DNA of 64,000 nucleotides from Elusimicrobiota bacterium (GCA_043811535.1 JBDRNC010000039.1:64001-128000), one strand, 5' to 3'. Numbered from the stretch's first letter, positions 19,918 through 30,540 are shown. Notes: generated from the sequence alone by a model not told the origin. Program-made: numbers and translations.

Positions 19918-20971
19918 CGATGTCCACCTGCCTCCATTTAAGGGGAGTTCCGCGTTTTATGAAGCATTTTGACTTCCTGCCCAGTATTTTCTTCAGATAT
20001 TTCGGTTTCAGCCCGTGTGCCGGCCTTACGGACCTGACGTTAATTTCGTCGAAAACCTCGCCCTTGGTTATGTCTCTTGCGGCGAAAAGGGATCTCGCGA
20101 ATCGCCTGTTTTTCCGGGACTGCGCGGATAATTCGTAACTCGCTTCCCCGAGCGATTTTTCCGTCTCTCTTACGGCATCAACCATCGCCTTGAATTCACG
20201 CGGTTCAAGAGAGAATGGGGCGTCGGGCCCGCCAATTCTTTTATCAAGTATGAAATGCTTTTCGATGATTGAAGCGCCGAGACTTACGGCGGCGACCGGC
20301 GCGGCGATGCCCATTGAATGGTCCGAAAGCCCGACAACTGTTTTGAATCTTTCCTGCATGTCCGGGATGACCCTCAAATTCATGCCTTCCGGAGGCGCGG
20401 GATAGGACGAGACGCATTTCAGCAAAGCTATCTGATTATTTCCCGCCTTCCTGCACGCCACGACCGCTTCCTTTATGTCCGTCATTTTGGCTATGCCAGT
20501 AGAGATGATGACCGGTTTTTTCTTGGAAGCGATATACTCTATAAGCGGAATATCCGTTATCTCAAATGAAGCTACTTTATACGCGGGGACACGCATTTTT
20601 TCTAGGAAATCAACCGCGGTCCTGTCAAAAGGCGATGAAAAACAGATTAAGCCAAGGTTTTCGGCGATTTTTTTCAGTTTTGGCTGCCATTCCCAGGGCG
20701 TATACGCTTTTTTGTACAGGTCATATAAATTCTGGCCATCCCAGAGCGTGCCGTGCATGATCCTGAAATACTTCAGGTCGGAATCGATTGTGATGGTATC
20801 AGCTGTATAGGTCTGAAGCTTGATTGCGTCAGCACCGCATTCCTTTACGGCCCTGACCGACTTTACGGCTGTTGCGTAATCCTGGTTGTGATTAGCGGAT
20901 AATTCCGCGATGATAAAAACCTTGTTTTTTCCGCCGATTTTCCTGTTTTTGATCTTGATCATGGTATTCAT
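19910..20971 (-). CDS. pseI: Pseudaminic acid synthase (NeuB family with C-terminal SAF domain)
   Basis: IIAELSANH, KLQTYTADT, AYTPWEW, KVASFE, GLSDH, RSLFA..VRP..GL.P. Start at 20971 forms an ATGA overlap. Confidence 0.93.
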   Translation of the reverse strand: MNTMIKIKNRKIGGKNKVFIIAELSANHNQDYATAVKSVRAVKECGADAIKLQTYTADTITIDSDLKYFRIMHGTLWDGQNLYDLYKKAYTPWEWQPKLKKIAENLGLICFSSPFDRTAVDFLEKMRVPAYKVASFEITDIPLIEYIASKKKPVIISTGIAKMTDIKEAVVACRKAGNNQIALLKCVSSYPAPPEGMNLRVIPDMQERFKTVVGLSDHSMGIAAPVAAVSLGASIIEKHFILDKRIGGPDAPFSLEPREFKAMVDAVRETEKSLGEASYELSAQSRKNRRFARSLFAARDITKGEVFDEINVRSVRPAHGLKPKYLKKILGRKSKCFIKRGTPLKWRQVDIDD

Positions 20972-21927
20972 TTTTTTAAATCGAGAAATATTTCGTTCAG
21001 ACATCGTACGGCAACCCCCTTTCTATATTTCAATCGAAATGATATTTTACGCTTTTCTGATGAATTTATCCACCAATATACGTCTGAAAAACCAAAGTAA
21101 TGCCTGAAATAGACCGTGCTTGATATCCTCGGATTCACTTCAAAAGGCACGTATCCTTTTGAAGTCTTCCTGAACTGTATGTTCACGGATCCGAACAGGC
21201 CGGCTTTTTTCGCGATTCTTTCGGAAATCCTGGAAATATCCCGGTCATTTATCAGCTCAGCGACTTTTGTAAGGCTTCCATAGCCCAGCTGTCTCCTGAA
21301 AGCTATGGAGAAATACTTTTTGCCGTCTGAAAATACAGTTGCGGTATATTCATTTTCCGGTGTGCCCAGGATTTCCTGTACTATCGCGTTGTCCGTCTTC
21401 TTCCTATGGAATCGAAGCTCGCTGTTATTGCGGACATGAACGGCGCCTTTGCCACCCCATCCCCATCTTGGCTTAATAAGCATAGGGAATTTAAGCTGAT
21501 TCTTGTATTTTGAAAGAAGATACGTTTTAGGATACGGCAAGCCATTTTGTTTCAGGAATACGGCAGTCGCGTATTTGTCAAAGAAGGTTTTAACTAGTCC
21601 ATGCTTGTTTATAAGGATTTGAACTTTGCTGTCCTTGAAAATATCCCGGTTTGAATCAAAAAAGAATATTTCAGGCTCGCTTACAGGGAGAACGTAATCA
21701 ACCTTTGCGGTTTTCACCAGATTCAGAATAAAGCGTTTATATTTGCTCTTATCGGCAGCTCTGGGGCAAACGTAAAACCTGTCCGCAAAGTGTTTCCCCG
21801 CGGCAAAAAGATCGATATCGCAGCCGATTATGCGGTCAGCCGGCATGGAATCTCTGACGCACTTGATGATACTCTGCCCGATATCGCCTCCGACGGAGGT
21901 AATCAGAATTGTTCTACGTTTTTTCAT
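20968..21927 (-). CDS. ATP-grasp domain protein (putative amide ligase)
   Basis: DKY, IKPRWGWGGKG, IVQE, EYT, FEVNPRISST. Confidence 0.88.
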   Translation of the reverse strand: MKKRRTILITSVGGDIGQSIIKCVRDSMPADRIIGCDIDLFAAGKHFADRFYVCPRAADKSKYKRFILNLVKTAKVDYVLPVSEPEIFFFDSNRDIFKDSKVQILINKHGLVKTFFDKYATAVFLKQNGLPYPKTYLLSKYKNQLKFPMLIKPRWGWGGKGAVHVRNNSELRFHRKKTDNAIVQEILGTPENEYTATVFSDGKKYFSIAFRRQLGYGSLTKVAELINDRDISRISERIAKKAGLFGSVNIQFRKTSKGYVPFEVNPRISSTVYFRHYFGFSDVYWWINSSEKRKISFRLKYRKGVAVRCLNEIFLDLKK

Positions 21928-22618
21928 GGCCGATTTCCCTGTTTAGTATCTTTATAAGATACTTATTGTTTTCGCCGTGTCTAAGTATTTCTTCTATCAA
22001 CGCGTTTTTATTGTAATCCACGCGTTTTATCTTGAATTCGCCTGTTTCGACGTTTAGAACGGCGTAAGACGGCATATCGAAATCGCGAGGCTGTCCGCAC
22101 GAGCCCGGATTAATAAACCTGGCAGCACCCGTAGTTTTATTCATAGGGTAATGGGTATGGCCCAAAAACACATATTTTTCGCTGATATTTTTAAAAAAAG
22201 ACAGATTATTTGTCGGGTAAACATAGCCTTCTAAATGGTTGGACGGGCTTCCGTGATACATGCATATTGAATATTTTGAAATCCTTTCCTTTTCCGGCAG
22301 CTTTTTCAAGTAATCCATGTTTTTGGGGCTGATGCTGTTCTTCAAAAGCGACAGCGCTTTTCCGTATCTTTCGGTGTATTCTTTTTCAATTTCCTTGTTT
22401 TTAATGATCTTAATGAAAATATCGTCGTGATTGCCGCGGACCGCCACGAGATTCTTCATATCCCTCAAAACGTCGATTATTTCATTGGCGTAATAGTAGT
22501 AACCACAGGCATCTCCGAGAAAAACGTGTAAATCGCAGGATTCGTTCTTCAGCGAGTTCATTACTTCGTTGAAAGCGTAAATATTTCCATGTATATCGGA
22601 AAATATGCCTATCTTCAT
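21914..22618 (-). CDS. Metallophosphoesterase family protein
   Basis: SDIHGN, LGD, RGNHD, GHTH, NPGS. Confidence 0.92.
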   Translation of the reverse strand: MKIGIFSDIHGNIYAFNEVMNSLKNESCDLHVFLGDACGYYYYANEIIDVLRDMKNLVAVRGNHDDIFIKIIKNKEIEKEYTERYGKALSLLKNSISPKNMDYLKKLPEKERISKYSICMYHGSPSNHLEGYVYPTNNLSFFKNISEKYVFLGHTHYPMNKTTGAARFINPGSCGQPRDFDMPSYAVLNVETGEFKIKRVDYNKNALIEEILRHGENNKYLIKILNREIGHEKT

Positions 22619-23559
22619 AATTTCCTTTTAGAATGAACCTTTGCGATTATCTGCAGATTGCGCCCGATCCCGTTACGGGCGAATGACCGGTACAGCGTAT
22701 CCTTGAACCTGACCAATCCGGAAGCGTACAGGTTTTTTTCGAAAGATACTCTCTTCAAATGAACGGATCTGCCTTTTTTGGCATCATTCAAAAAATCATC
22801 TCCCATCAGCCGGAATATCTCCATAGGGAAATCAGAGTAAAGATCGATTATCCTGAAGCCGTTTTTGTTAAGGAAACGCTTAATGGTAGCGCAAGACCAG
22901 TAGTTCAGGTGTTCAAGAGGGTCAAGCCAGTAGTTGTGGTTATTGGGTCTTTGGGCTATTTCTGTTTTCATCAAAGCGTTCTGCAGGATGTTGAAATCAT
23001 TAGGTATCACGATAAATAGCAGGCCGCCGGGGAGCAGAAGACGCCTGCGTATTATCTCAAGAGTTTTAAAGGGTTCCCTTACGTGTTCGAGCACGTTATT
23101 CACGGTGACAACCGATACAGGTTTGAGCTTCCTATACGCGCTGTCAATGCTGCCGCGGATGATGCCGAGCGTTCTGGACTGTTCTTCGTCAAAGGACGCG
23201 CTTGAAGGCTCGACCCCTGATACTTTCCAGCCGCTGATTTTCATGAAATGCAGAAAATCTCCGTAACCCGCGCCGAGGTCTATAACGCTTCGCGGCATGG
23301 AATCAGACAGATTATCGCTGATCTGGCGCATCCTGTCTTTGTACTGCATTGTGTAGTATCCGTCGGGATCGTGTTTTCTGTCTGTCATGGACCTGTTATT
23401 GCCGGCTTTAAGCACGCTATAATACTTATTCCTGTAGAAGGATTCCAGTTCCTTTTCGCTCGGTACGGGATAAACGTGCCAGAAACCGCAATCCAGACAG
23501 TCAATGACGCGGTATCCGTTTTTCAATATAGATTTTTTGTATCTGTGGGATTTATTCAT
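22615..23559 (-). CDS. Class I SAM-dependent methyltransferase
   Basis: CLDCG, IDLGAGYG, GVEPS, NVLEH, EHLNY. Confidence 0.88.
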   Translation of the reverse strand: MNKSHRYKKSILKNGYRVIDCLDCGFWHVYPVPSEKELESFYRNKYYSVLKAGNNRSMTDRKHDPDGYYTMQYKDRMRQISDNLSDSMPRSVIDLGAGYGDFLHFMKISGWKVSGVEPSSASFDEEQSRTLGIIRGSIDSAYRKLKPVSVVTVNNVLEHVREPFKTLEIIRRRLLLPGGLLFIVIPNDFNILQNALMKTEIAQRPNNHNYWLDPLEHLNYWSCATIKRFLNKNGFRIIDLYSDFPMEIFRLMGDDFLNDAKKGRSVHLKRVSFEKNLYASGLVRFKDTLYRSFARNGIGRNLQIIAKVHSKRKL

Positions 23560-24562
23560 TACAATTCCATTTATGAGCTTTTAAGAGTTCTGAGACTATC
23601 CTTCGCGCACCCTGCCCGTCTACAGCTTTTCTCCCGCGACCGGACATTTTGGCCCTTGGTTTCCTGTCCGCGATGATTTTTACCGATCTTTCCAGCGCCT
23701 TTGACACGGTGGCGTTGTCCGCGCCGCTTCCCAATAAAGCAAAACCTGTTTTCTGCCAGTTGCGGGAATTCTTTATTTGATTTCCGGCCACGGCGAAAAT
23801 GACGGACGGAACGCCTGCGCGGGCAAGCTCGTATGTTGTCTGGCCCGCGGCTGAAACCGCAATATCGCAGCGAAGCATAAGGTTTTTCATTCCGTTTGCG
23901 TCAAGTCCGGAATAAAGCGATGTACGGGAGTCGGATAAGGCTAAAATCCTCTTCCTCTGTATTTTGTCGAGCGATGCACCGGTCACCACATGTTTTCTTA
24001 TTAGCGGGTATTTTAAGGCGAAATATTCGAGTACTGACGCTGTCATGCCCAAGGGATCGGTCCCGCCGAAAGTTATCAGAACGTCATTGATGCGTTCTTT
24101 TATTATTTTTGCGGGCGTGCCCCAAAACGGCTTTCTCATGGGAGCGTACCTGCTGCCTAGCAAATACCTGGCAAGTTTGTTCCTTTTATAAGGGAATTGT
24201 TCCGAAAGAACCGTGCCGTTCGATACGATCCCTCCCGGGTAGTCCAGGCGCATGTTGTCATCGATAAAAACACATGCCTTTACATCGTTAAAAACGCGTT
24301 TATAAACGTTTATGCCCGCAAGATATGAATCAATGACGCACATCGCCGAATTTTTTAATATAGGAGAAAGATTCCCCGATTCCAGCCAGTTTAAAAAGCG
24401 GTATTTGACACCCTTGAGGGTTTCCGGCTGTATCCCTTTCCCGTTCAAATAAAATGTCGCGTCGATACGGGCTTCTTTCAGCGCCTGGTACAGGCCCATG
24501 CATCTGGTTATATGGCCGTAGCCGATATTGAGTCCGCCTTCCGTTAAAATAGCTGCTTTCAT
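23552..24562 (-). CDS. pseG: UDP-2,4-diacetamido-2,4,6-trideoxy-altropyranose hydrolase-like (PseG/SpsG family)
   Basis: IGYGHITRC, IDSY, FIDD, TFGGTD, SAAGQTTYE, NQ, VDGQGARR. Confidence 0.85.
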   Translation of the reverse strand: MKAAILTEGGLNIGYGHITRCMGLYQALKEARIDATFYLNGKGIQPETLKGVKYRFLNWLESGNLSPILKNSAMCVIDSYLAGINVYKRVFNDVKACVFIDDNMRLDYPGGIVSNGTVLSEQFPYKRNKLARYLLGSRYAPMRKPFWGTPAKIIKERINDVLITFGGTDPLGMTASVLEYFALKYPLIRKHVVTGASLDKIQRKRILALSDSRTSLYSGLDANGMKNLMLRCDIAVSAAGQTTYELARAGVPSVIFAVAGNQIKNSRNWQKTGFALLGSGADNATVSKALERSVKIIADRKPRAKMSGRGRKAVDGQGARRIVSELLKAHKWNCNE

Positions 24563-25290
24563 GAAAATCGCCTTAAACGTCGTTTATTCTTAAGCATATA
24601 ATATTTTATGATATCCATGTCATCCGGAACGTCAAGTTCAAGCGAAAACATCCTTGAACTCTGCACCTCGGGTGCTATCTTTTTTCCCATGTAAATATGG
24701 GCTTTCCTAATGCCGCGTGTTTTGTATAAATTCGCGACTCTTAAAACCACTACCGAACCGTCAAATAGGTATCTTGCGGGGAACTCCTGTTTCCTGATAC
24801 CTTTGACATTCCTTATAAGCGGCTCTATCATGCCGTTCTTGGTTATTGTTTTCATCAATTCGGGTACTTGGTCCACCTCATAGCATGTCGCGCATGAGTC
24901 GGCTCTAGTGGAAATAAGTTTCTTTACAGCTTTGTCTATAATCCCATTTTCCCTGATAGGCACGTTAGCCTGCATCCAGACAAGAACATCAGCACAGTAA
25001 TTGTGCTTCTTTTTCATGTACTCCACCGCATGTAACAGCGCTTCTTCAATCGGGGATGTGTCTTTCGCGTATTCCTTCGGCCTGCCGATTACTTCGACGG
25101 TATAATGCCGCTTGACGGTCTCCGCGATCGCCTTGCTGTCCGTTGAAACAACGATTTTGTCCAGCATCTTCGATCTCAACGCGGCTTCAATGGTATAGCC
25201 GATAACCGGCTTGCCTAAAAGATCCTTAATGTTTTTGTTTTTGAATCTTTTGCTTCCGCCGCGCGCCGGTATGACACCTAAAATATTCAT
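24559..25290 (-). CDS. Acylneuraminate cytidylyltransferase (PseF/NeuA-like)
   Basis: IPARGGSKRFKNKN, VVSTDS, RP..A.D; lies within the pse module. Confidence 0.92.
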   Translation of the reverse strand: MNILGVIPARGGSKRFKNKNIKDLLGKPVIGYTIEAALRSKMLDKIVVSTDSKAIAETVKRHYTVEVIGRPKEYAKDTSPIEEALLHAVEYMKKKHNYCADVLVWMQANVPIRENGIIDKAVKKLISTRADSCATCYEVDQVPELMKTITKNGMIEPLIRNVKGIRKQEFPARYLFDGSVVVLRVANLYKTRGIRKAHIYMGKKIAPEVQSSRMFSLELDVPDDMDIIKYYMLKNKRRLRRFS

Positions 25291-25293
25291 GGA

Positions 25294-26664
25294 TTACCTC
25301 GATTCGGGATGTTTCAGTTTGTTCCAGGCGCCTAATTCAGTTATCATATCGCTTTGTAATTTATTAAGCTCATCATCCGTGAAATCAGTAAAATTGACCC
25401 TTATCTTTTCGCCCTGCTCACCGAGCCCGAGCAGATATTCCTCTTCGTCTTTTATCTTGCCTTTTTTAAGCGCCAGTTCGTATAATTCGGTCCCCGGATA
25501 CGGGGTTAGGAAAAATATGACTTCCGGTGTCAGGCCAAGCTCCTTGCAGAAATCGACCGTTGCTTTCAGCGTTTCCATGGTTTCTCCGGGATACCCTATC
25601 ATGAAAGAACAATCGGCCCATCCCAGGTGTTTCTGCGTTAACCTAACGGCTTTCTTTGACTGTTCTACCGTAACGTGTTTCTTGATGAAGTCCAGCATCT
25701 TCTGGCTCCCGGATTCTATGCCGTAGCCTATACTAAGGCAGCCGGCGTCCTTCATCGCGATTATCATGGGTTCGTCCATTAAGTTCACTCTGCCAGCGCA
25801 TCCCCAAGTCAATTTCTTGCCTATGCGGGCAGACAGTTCGTTCAGCAGACAGCAGAACTTAAGAACAAAGTCTTTCTTTACCACAAATTCATCGTCGGTA
25901 AAATGAAAATAGGTAATGCCATGGCGCTCGTACAGCGTTTTGATCTCGCTGATTATATATTCAGGGGAGCGTGTCCTATATTTTACGCCCATGAAATCAT
26001 GGTAGCAGTAGATGCACTGATAAGGGCAGCCCCTGGCGCCGCACAAGTTAAACGATAAAATATCCGAATCAGACGCCCCATCGTTCCATTTATTCCTGTT
26101 GGGGGCGCCTATAGGGTTTTTGACGTATATATCCATCGGGAATAGATCCCAGGCCGGCAGGGGTATCTTATCCAGGTCCATAATCGGTTCCCTGTGACCG
26201 TTGTTGTGTATGGATCCTTTGGAATCCTTGTAATATATGCCTTTTACCGAGCCCAGATCCTTGCCGTGTTCCAGCGCGTCCATCAGCTCGACTGCCGTTA
26301 GTTCCCCTTCTCCGATGCAGACCACATCAACCGGATTATTCCTTAGCATTATGTCAGGAATTGACGAACCCACTCCTCCTCCGATGATTATTTTCTTGTC
26401 TGGATGGTATTTTTTCAGCGTAACGGCCAGCCATTTGATGTATTTATAAATCGTAATTATCCCTGTTATCCCGACTGCGTCATAGTCGTTTGCCTTTAGT
26501 TTTTCCTCAACTTCCTTTTGAGAAGGCCTTAAGGCGTTGATGTCATAAACTTCCACTTCATGGCCGGCCTTAAGCAACACGGCCGCTATATAGCCCAGCC
26601 CGATCGGGAACACATTCGGTTTCGCCCATTCTCTTATCAGCGGGTTTATCAGCAATACTTTCAT
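25294..26664 (-). CDS. B12-binding-domain radical SAM protein
   Basis: FPIGLGY, IIGGG, GEGE, RGCPYQCIYC, GIESGSQ, GYPGET, PYPGT. Confidence 0.93.
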   Translation of the reverse strand: MKVLLINPLIREWAKPNVFPIGLGYIAAVLLKAGHEVEVYDINALRPSQKEVEEKLKANDYDAVGITGIITIYKYIKWLAVTLKKYHPDKKIIIGGGVGSSIPDIMLRNNPVDVVCIGEGELTAVELMDALEHGKDLGSVKGIYYKDSKGSIHNNGHREPIMDLDKIPLPAWDLFPMDIYVKNPIGAPNRNKWNDGASDSDILSFNLCGARGCPYQCIYCYHDFMGVKYRTRSPEYIISEIKTLYERHGITYFHFTDDEFVVKKDFVLKFCCLLNELSARIGKKLTWGCAGRVNLMDEPMIIAMKDAGCLSIGYGIESGSQKMLDFIKKHVTVEQSKKAVRLTQKHLGWADCSFMIGYPGETMETLKATVDFCKELGLTPEVIFFLTPYPGTELYELALKKGKIKDEEEYLLGLGEQGEKIRVNFTDFTDDELNKLQSDMITELGAWNKLKHPESR

Positions 26665-26694
26665 TATATTCCTATCCTCCGTAAAACGGCGCGG

Positions 26695-28404
26695 TCAATT
26701 CAACGCAACCAGATCCCTGAACCTGTCGATCCCGAGATCGTCGGCGTAAGCGTCAAAATCCCTTATTGTGCTTTCAGGTATTTGCTTTGACGGTTTGTCA
26801 CTGTGCTCGGCTATCTTAACGATCGCGGCGACCAGTTTATCGCGGTCGTCGAACGCCAAAACATCATGATACTGCCTGGAAAAAGGATGGTCGCATTCGG
26901 CCTGGTCAAAATAGAGCCCTTCAATGCCGCAGATGATCGCTATTGTCGCCGAGCTTGTCATGCCCTGAGTAACGACAAGGTCAGAGATGCCGATAGCTTC
27001 CATAAAAGTCCATTTATTCTCGTCTATCAGGGAAAAATTATTGTGCTTCTTAAGTTTTGAAAAGATACCGTTAAATTTAATCTTCAGGTCCGCTTTAAGG
27101 TTTTCAGCCCTGCTGAGCTCTTTTGATTTCATCGCGACATGTGTCCGGGGAGAGCAGATAGCCGTATTCAGCATCGCTTCCCAGAAATTAACGAAATGCT
27201 CGGGAGTCATTCTTATGTCGTTGCCGAACGATTCGTCATAAAATGTCGCGACAAAAACGCCGGCAGGTATCCCCATCTGCATGCGCAGGGATTCCCTTGA
27301 AACCATGATCTTCTTTATGAAACTCTTGAATACATATCCCGTGAACGCGATCATTTCAACGGGGCCCTCCACCCCGCGGTAATGCGCCTTACCCCACGAA
27401 ATGAATTTATCGCATGACAAAAATGACGACACGAACCTATTCGCGTTCGGAGAGTTGTCAGACCAGTGCATCAGGTAATACTTGGTCCCGTAATTCTGGC
27501 ATACGATGGACTCCGGTATATGGACCGACTGGAAGTAAGAGTGTCCGAGTTCCGCCCGTATCCTGTAATTTGAAAAGATCCTTTCATACGGAACCGCGGA
27601 AGCTGTAAAAAAAGAGAATATACTGTAGAAATACGAGAAATTAGGGTTGTTCATGCACTTCATGACTTCAAATACGCCGGCAAATATATATTTCGGGAGT
27701 ATCCTTTTAAAAAACACATTCAAAGAAATCGGGGTTTTATTCAGCTCGAAATGAGCGTATTCGGAATCAACTGCGTCTTCATATGCCTCAATCCTGCGCG
27801 TGACAGGCACTCCTCTGCTGAAGAGCAGCAGCTCCTCTTTTTTGATTCTGTTGCCATCGACGAGAAAATCGTCATGGAAATACAGGCCTATTTTTTTCAG
27901 TCCCCAAAGTGATTCACGCAGCAGGGTAAATTGTTTCAAGGAGTTGCTAAATATGATCCCGCCCCGCAGTGAAAACCACAAAATAGCGGAAGCCCTGTAA
28001 ATGATCTGCGATAATTTTCTGGCGATGCCTCTCCGGGATGTCCACTGGACCGGAGCCTTTTTGTGAGAAATATCGTTAAATTTATCAACGGCGAAAGTAT
28101 TAAGCGGGTTATTCTCAAGCAGGACCGTTTGCTCTCCGGCAAGAGCGTCAAAGAGCATCCCGAATAATTTATGGAAGTAATCTACCGTCCAGCGCTTGGC
28201 CAGAAGCGTGAAGCGGTCCGTTTCAAATATCCTGTTCAGTTCTATAAGCATCCGTTCACTGCCGATCCGGCGGCTGTCATAGAATTCATTGGCAAGCTCA
28301 AACGGTCCCATATTCGTCCATTTGTGGTATTCATGGGGCCTGCGGAACGTTTTTACATTCTGCCTGTACAGATTCATTAAAAGGTCATCGTTAAGATTAA
28401 ACAT
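26695..28404 (-). CDS. Hypothetical polysaccharide biosynthesis protein; candidate nonulosonate transferase
   Basis: 569 aa ORF between pseC and the B12 radical SAM. The C-terminus (FYDES, DLVVTQGMTSSATIA, GLYFD) looks GT-B-like. Confidence 0.45.
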   Translation of the reverse strand: MFNLNDDLLMNLYRQNVKTFRRPHEYHKWTNMGPFELANEFYDSRRIGSERMLIELNRIFETDRFTLLAKRWTVDYFHKLFGMLFDALAGEQTVLLENNPLNTFAVDKFNDISHKKAPVQWTSRRGIARKLSQIIYRASAILWFSLRGGIIFSNSLKQFTLLRESLWGLKKIGLYFHDDFLVDGNRIKKEELLLFSRGVPVTRRIEAYEDAVDSEYAHFELNKTPISLNVFFKRILPKYIFAGVFEVMKCMNNPNFSYFYSIFSFFTASAVPYERIFSNYRIRAELGHSYFQSVHIPESIVCQNYGTKYYLMHWSDNSPNANRFVSSFLSCDKFISWGKAHYRGVEGPVEMIAFTGYVFKSFIKKIMVSRESLRMQMGIPAGVFVATFYDESFGNDIRMTPEHFVNFWEAMLNTAICSPRTHVAMKSKELSRAENLKADLKIKFNGIFSKLKKHNNFSLIDENKWTFMEAIGISDLVVTQGMTSSATIAIICGIEGLYFDQAECDHPFSRQYHDVLAFDDRDKLVAAIVKIAEHSDKPSKQIPESTIRDFDAYADDLGIDRFRDLVALN

Positions 28405-29563
28405 ATCTCTTTTTGTACTTATTAAGAATATTATTTGTGGCGTTTATCACTCTATTAATATCCGCTTTAGACATTTTTGGATAGAGCGGAAGCGTAATTG
28501 TCCTTTTATAATACTCCTCGGCGTTAGGACACCTCACATTCCTGTAACCGAGCCGCTGATAATACGGGTGCCTGTATATGGGCAGGTAGTGCACGTTGAC
28601 AAGTATGCCTTTATCCCTGTACTCCCTGAATACCTTAGCGCGGGTGGCCTTGATCCTGTCCAGGTCCAATATGACCGGGTAGATATGGTACGACGATCTG
28701 GACCGCGGGAAATTACTCTGGATATTCAGTCCTTCCTGCGTTTCAAACGCCTTATCGTATTTACCGGCTATTTTTCTTCTTATTCCGACGAACTTATTGA
28801 GTTTTTTAAGCTGGCTGATACCAAGTGCACATTGAATATCTGTTATGCGGTAATTGTAGCCCAGTTCATGCATCTCGTAATACCAGCCGCCGGGATTTTC
28901 GGTCAAAAGCCGCGGGTCCCTTGTTATGCCGTGCGTCCTGAACATCAATAATTTATTGTAGAGATCTTTTTTATTTGTCAGGACCATTCCGCCTTCTCCG
29001 GTCGTAATATGTTTTACTGCGTGAAAACTTAAGACAGTCATGTCGGAGTACCGGCACGAGCCTATCTTTTCCCCTTTATATTCGGCCCCGATGGCATGGC
29101 AGGCGTCTTCAATAATCGTGATGCCTCTGCGCTTGGCGATTTTATGAATGTTTTCCATATCGCACGGAAGACCGCCGAAATGAACGGGAATGATCAATTT
29201 GGTCCTTTTTGTTATCTTCTTTTCGATCTCGAGCGGGTCAACGCAGAACGTTCCGGGATCAATATCGGCAAAAACCGGTTTTACGCCGCAATAAAGCATG
29301 CAATTCGCGGACGCGGCGAATGAAACGGGTGTTGTGATGCCTTCATCGCCTTTGCCCGCGCCGGCGGCAAGACACGCAATATGAAGGGCGGAAGTCCCGC
29401 TGTTCACGGCTACGGCGAATTTAACGCCGCAGTATTCGGCGACAGCGCGCTCAAAAGCGCCAACCGCCGGTCCTTGCGTCAGGAACGGCGACTTCAAGGC
29501 TGTGCTTACGGCTTTTATGTCTCCGGAATCGATCCATTGAGTCGCGTACGGTATTTTTTTCAT
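28397..29563 (-). CDS. pseC: UDP-4-amino-4,6-dideoxy-N-acetyl-altrosamine transaminase
   Basis: FLTQGP, EDACHAIG, SFHAVKHITTGEGG, FRTHGI, LGYNYRITDIQCALG; adjacent to pseB. Confidence 0.93.
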   Translation of the reverse strand: MKKIPYATQWIDSGDIKAVSTALKSPFLTQGPAVGAFERAVAEYCGVKFAVAVNSGTSALHIACLAAGAGKGDEGITTPVSFAASANCMLYCGVKPVFADIDPGTFCVDPLEIEKKITKRTKLIIPVHFGGLPCDMENIHKIAKRRGITIIEDACHAIGAEYKGEKIGSCRYSDMTVLSFHAVKHITTGEGGMVLTNKKDLYNKLLMFRTHGITRDPRLLTENPGGWYYEMHELGYNYRITDIQCALGISQLKKLNKFVGIRRKIAGKYDKAFETQEGLNIQSNFPRSRSSYHIYPVILDLDRIKATRAKVFREYRDKGILVNVHYLPIYRHPYYQRLGYRNVRCPNAEEYYKRTITLPLYPKMSKADINRVINATNNILNKYKKRYV

Positions 29564-30537
29564 ATACTATTGAGAAGTTTCTTTATTTCCGCTATTGAAA
29601 GAAAATCCTTATTCGTGTTACTTGCGTATTTAAACCCTTCGGAAACATCCTTTCCGCTCGAATGAAAATCCTTGCTCCACCAGTGGAATGCCGGCTGTAT
29701 GATGAAGCAATCATTAAGCTCCTTTGTGTTATAAGCGTCATCTTCTGAAATCATCACTTCGTGGAGCTTTTCGCCGGGCCTTATCCCAACGATTTCTGTT
29801 TTGCATTCGGGCGCGATCGCCTTGGCGAGATCGACTATGTTCGTGCTTGGTATCTTGGGCACGAAAATCTCTCCGCCTTCCATCCTTTCAAATGACTTGA
29901 TGACAAACCTGACGCACTGTTCAAGAGTGATCCAGAATCTTGTCATCTCGGGATGGGTGATGGGAAGGATCCCCTTTTCTTTCTGTTCCATGAAAAAAGG
30001 AACAACGCTTCCCCTGCTTCCGATGACGTTGCCGTAGCGGACAACGCTGAATCTTGTCCCGTCCGCGCCGGAATAAGAGTTTCCCGCGACAAAAAGCTTA
30101 TCCGAGCATAATTTTGTGGCGCCGTAGAGGTTTATCGGATTGCACGCCTTGTCGGTGCTGAGCGCGACGATTTTCTTGACGTTCCTGTCAAGAGCGGTTT
30201 CAATTATGTTCATCGCGCCGATAATATTCGTCTTTATCGCTTCTGTGGGGTTGTACTCCATGGAAGGGACCTGCTTAAGGGCGGCGGCGTGAACGACATA
30301 ATCAACACCGTGAAACGCTCTCCATAATCTTTCTTTGTCGCGCACATCTCCGATAAAAAACCTTATATTCTTATACTGCGAGAACTGCCGCCTCATCTCA
30401 AACTGTTTGAACTCGTCGCGGCTGTAAACGATCAATTTCGCGGGTTTGTAGAAGTCCAGCGCGATCTTGGCGAATTTTTTGCCGAAAGATCCGGTGCCGC
30501 CCGTGACGAGGATTGTTTTTCCTTTGAAAATGCTCAT
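29560..30537 (-). CDS. pseB: UDP-GlcNAc 4,6-dehydratase (inverting)
   Basis: TGGTGSFG, SRDEFKQ, HAAALKQVP, STDKA.NP.NLYGATK, RYGNV.GSRGSV, GIRPGEKLHE. Confidence 0.96.
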   Translation of the reverse strand: MSIFKGKTILVTGGTGSFGKKFAKIALDFYKPAKLIVYSRDEFKQFEMRRQFSQYKNIRFFIGDVRDKERLWRAFHGVDYVVHAAALKQVPSMEYNPTEAIKTNIIGAMNIIETALDRNVKKIVALSTDKACNPINLYGATKLCSDKLFVAGNSYSGADGTRFSVVRYGNVIGSRGSVVPFFMEQKEKGILPITHPEMTRFWITLEQCVRFVIKSFERMEGGEIFVPKIPSTNIVDLAKAIAPECKTEIVGIRPGEKLHEVMISEDDAYNTKELNDCFIIQPAFHWWSKDFHSSGKDVSEGFKYASNTNKDFLSIAEIKKLLNSI

Positions 30538-30540
30538 AAA

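Noticed and set aside
28289..28951. 220-aa plus-strand ORF
   Set aside because: Antisense to pseC; no motifs and no independent start signals.
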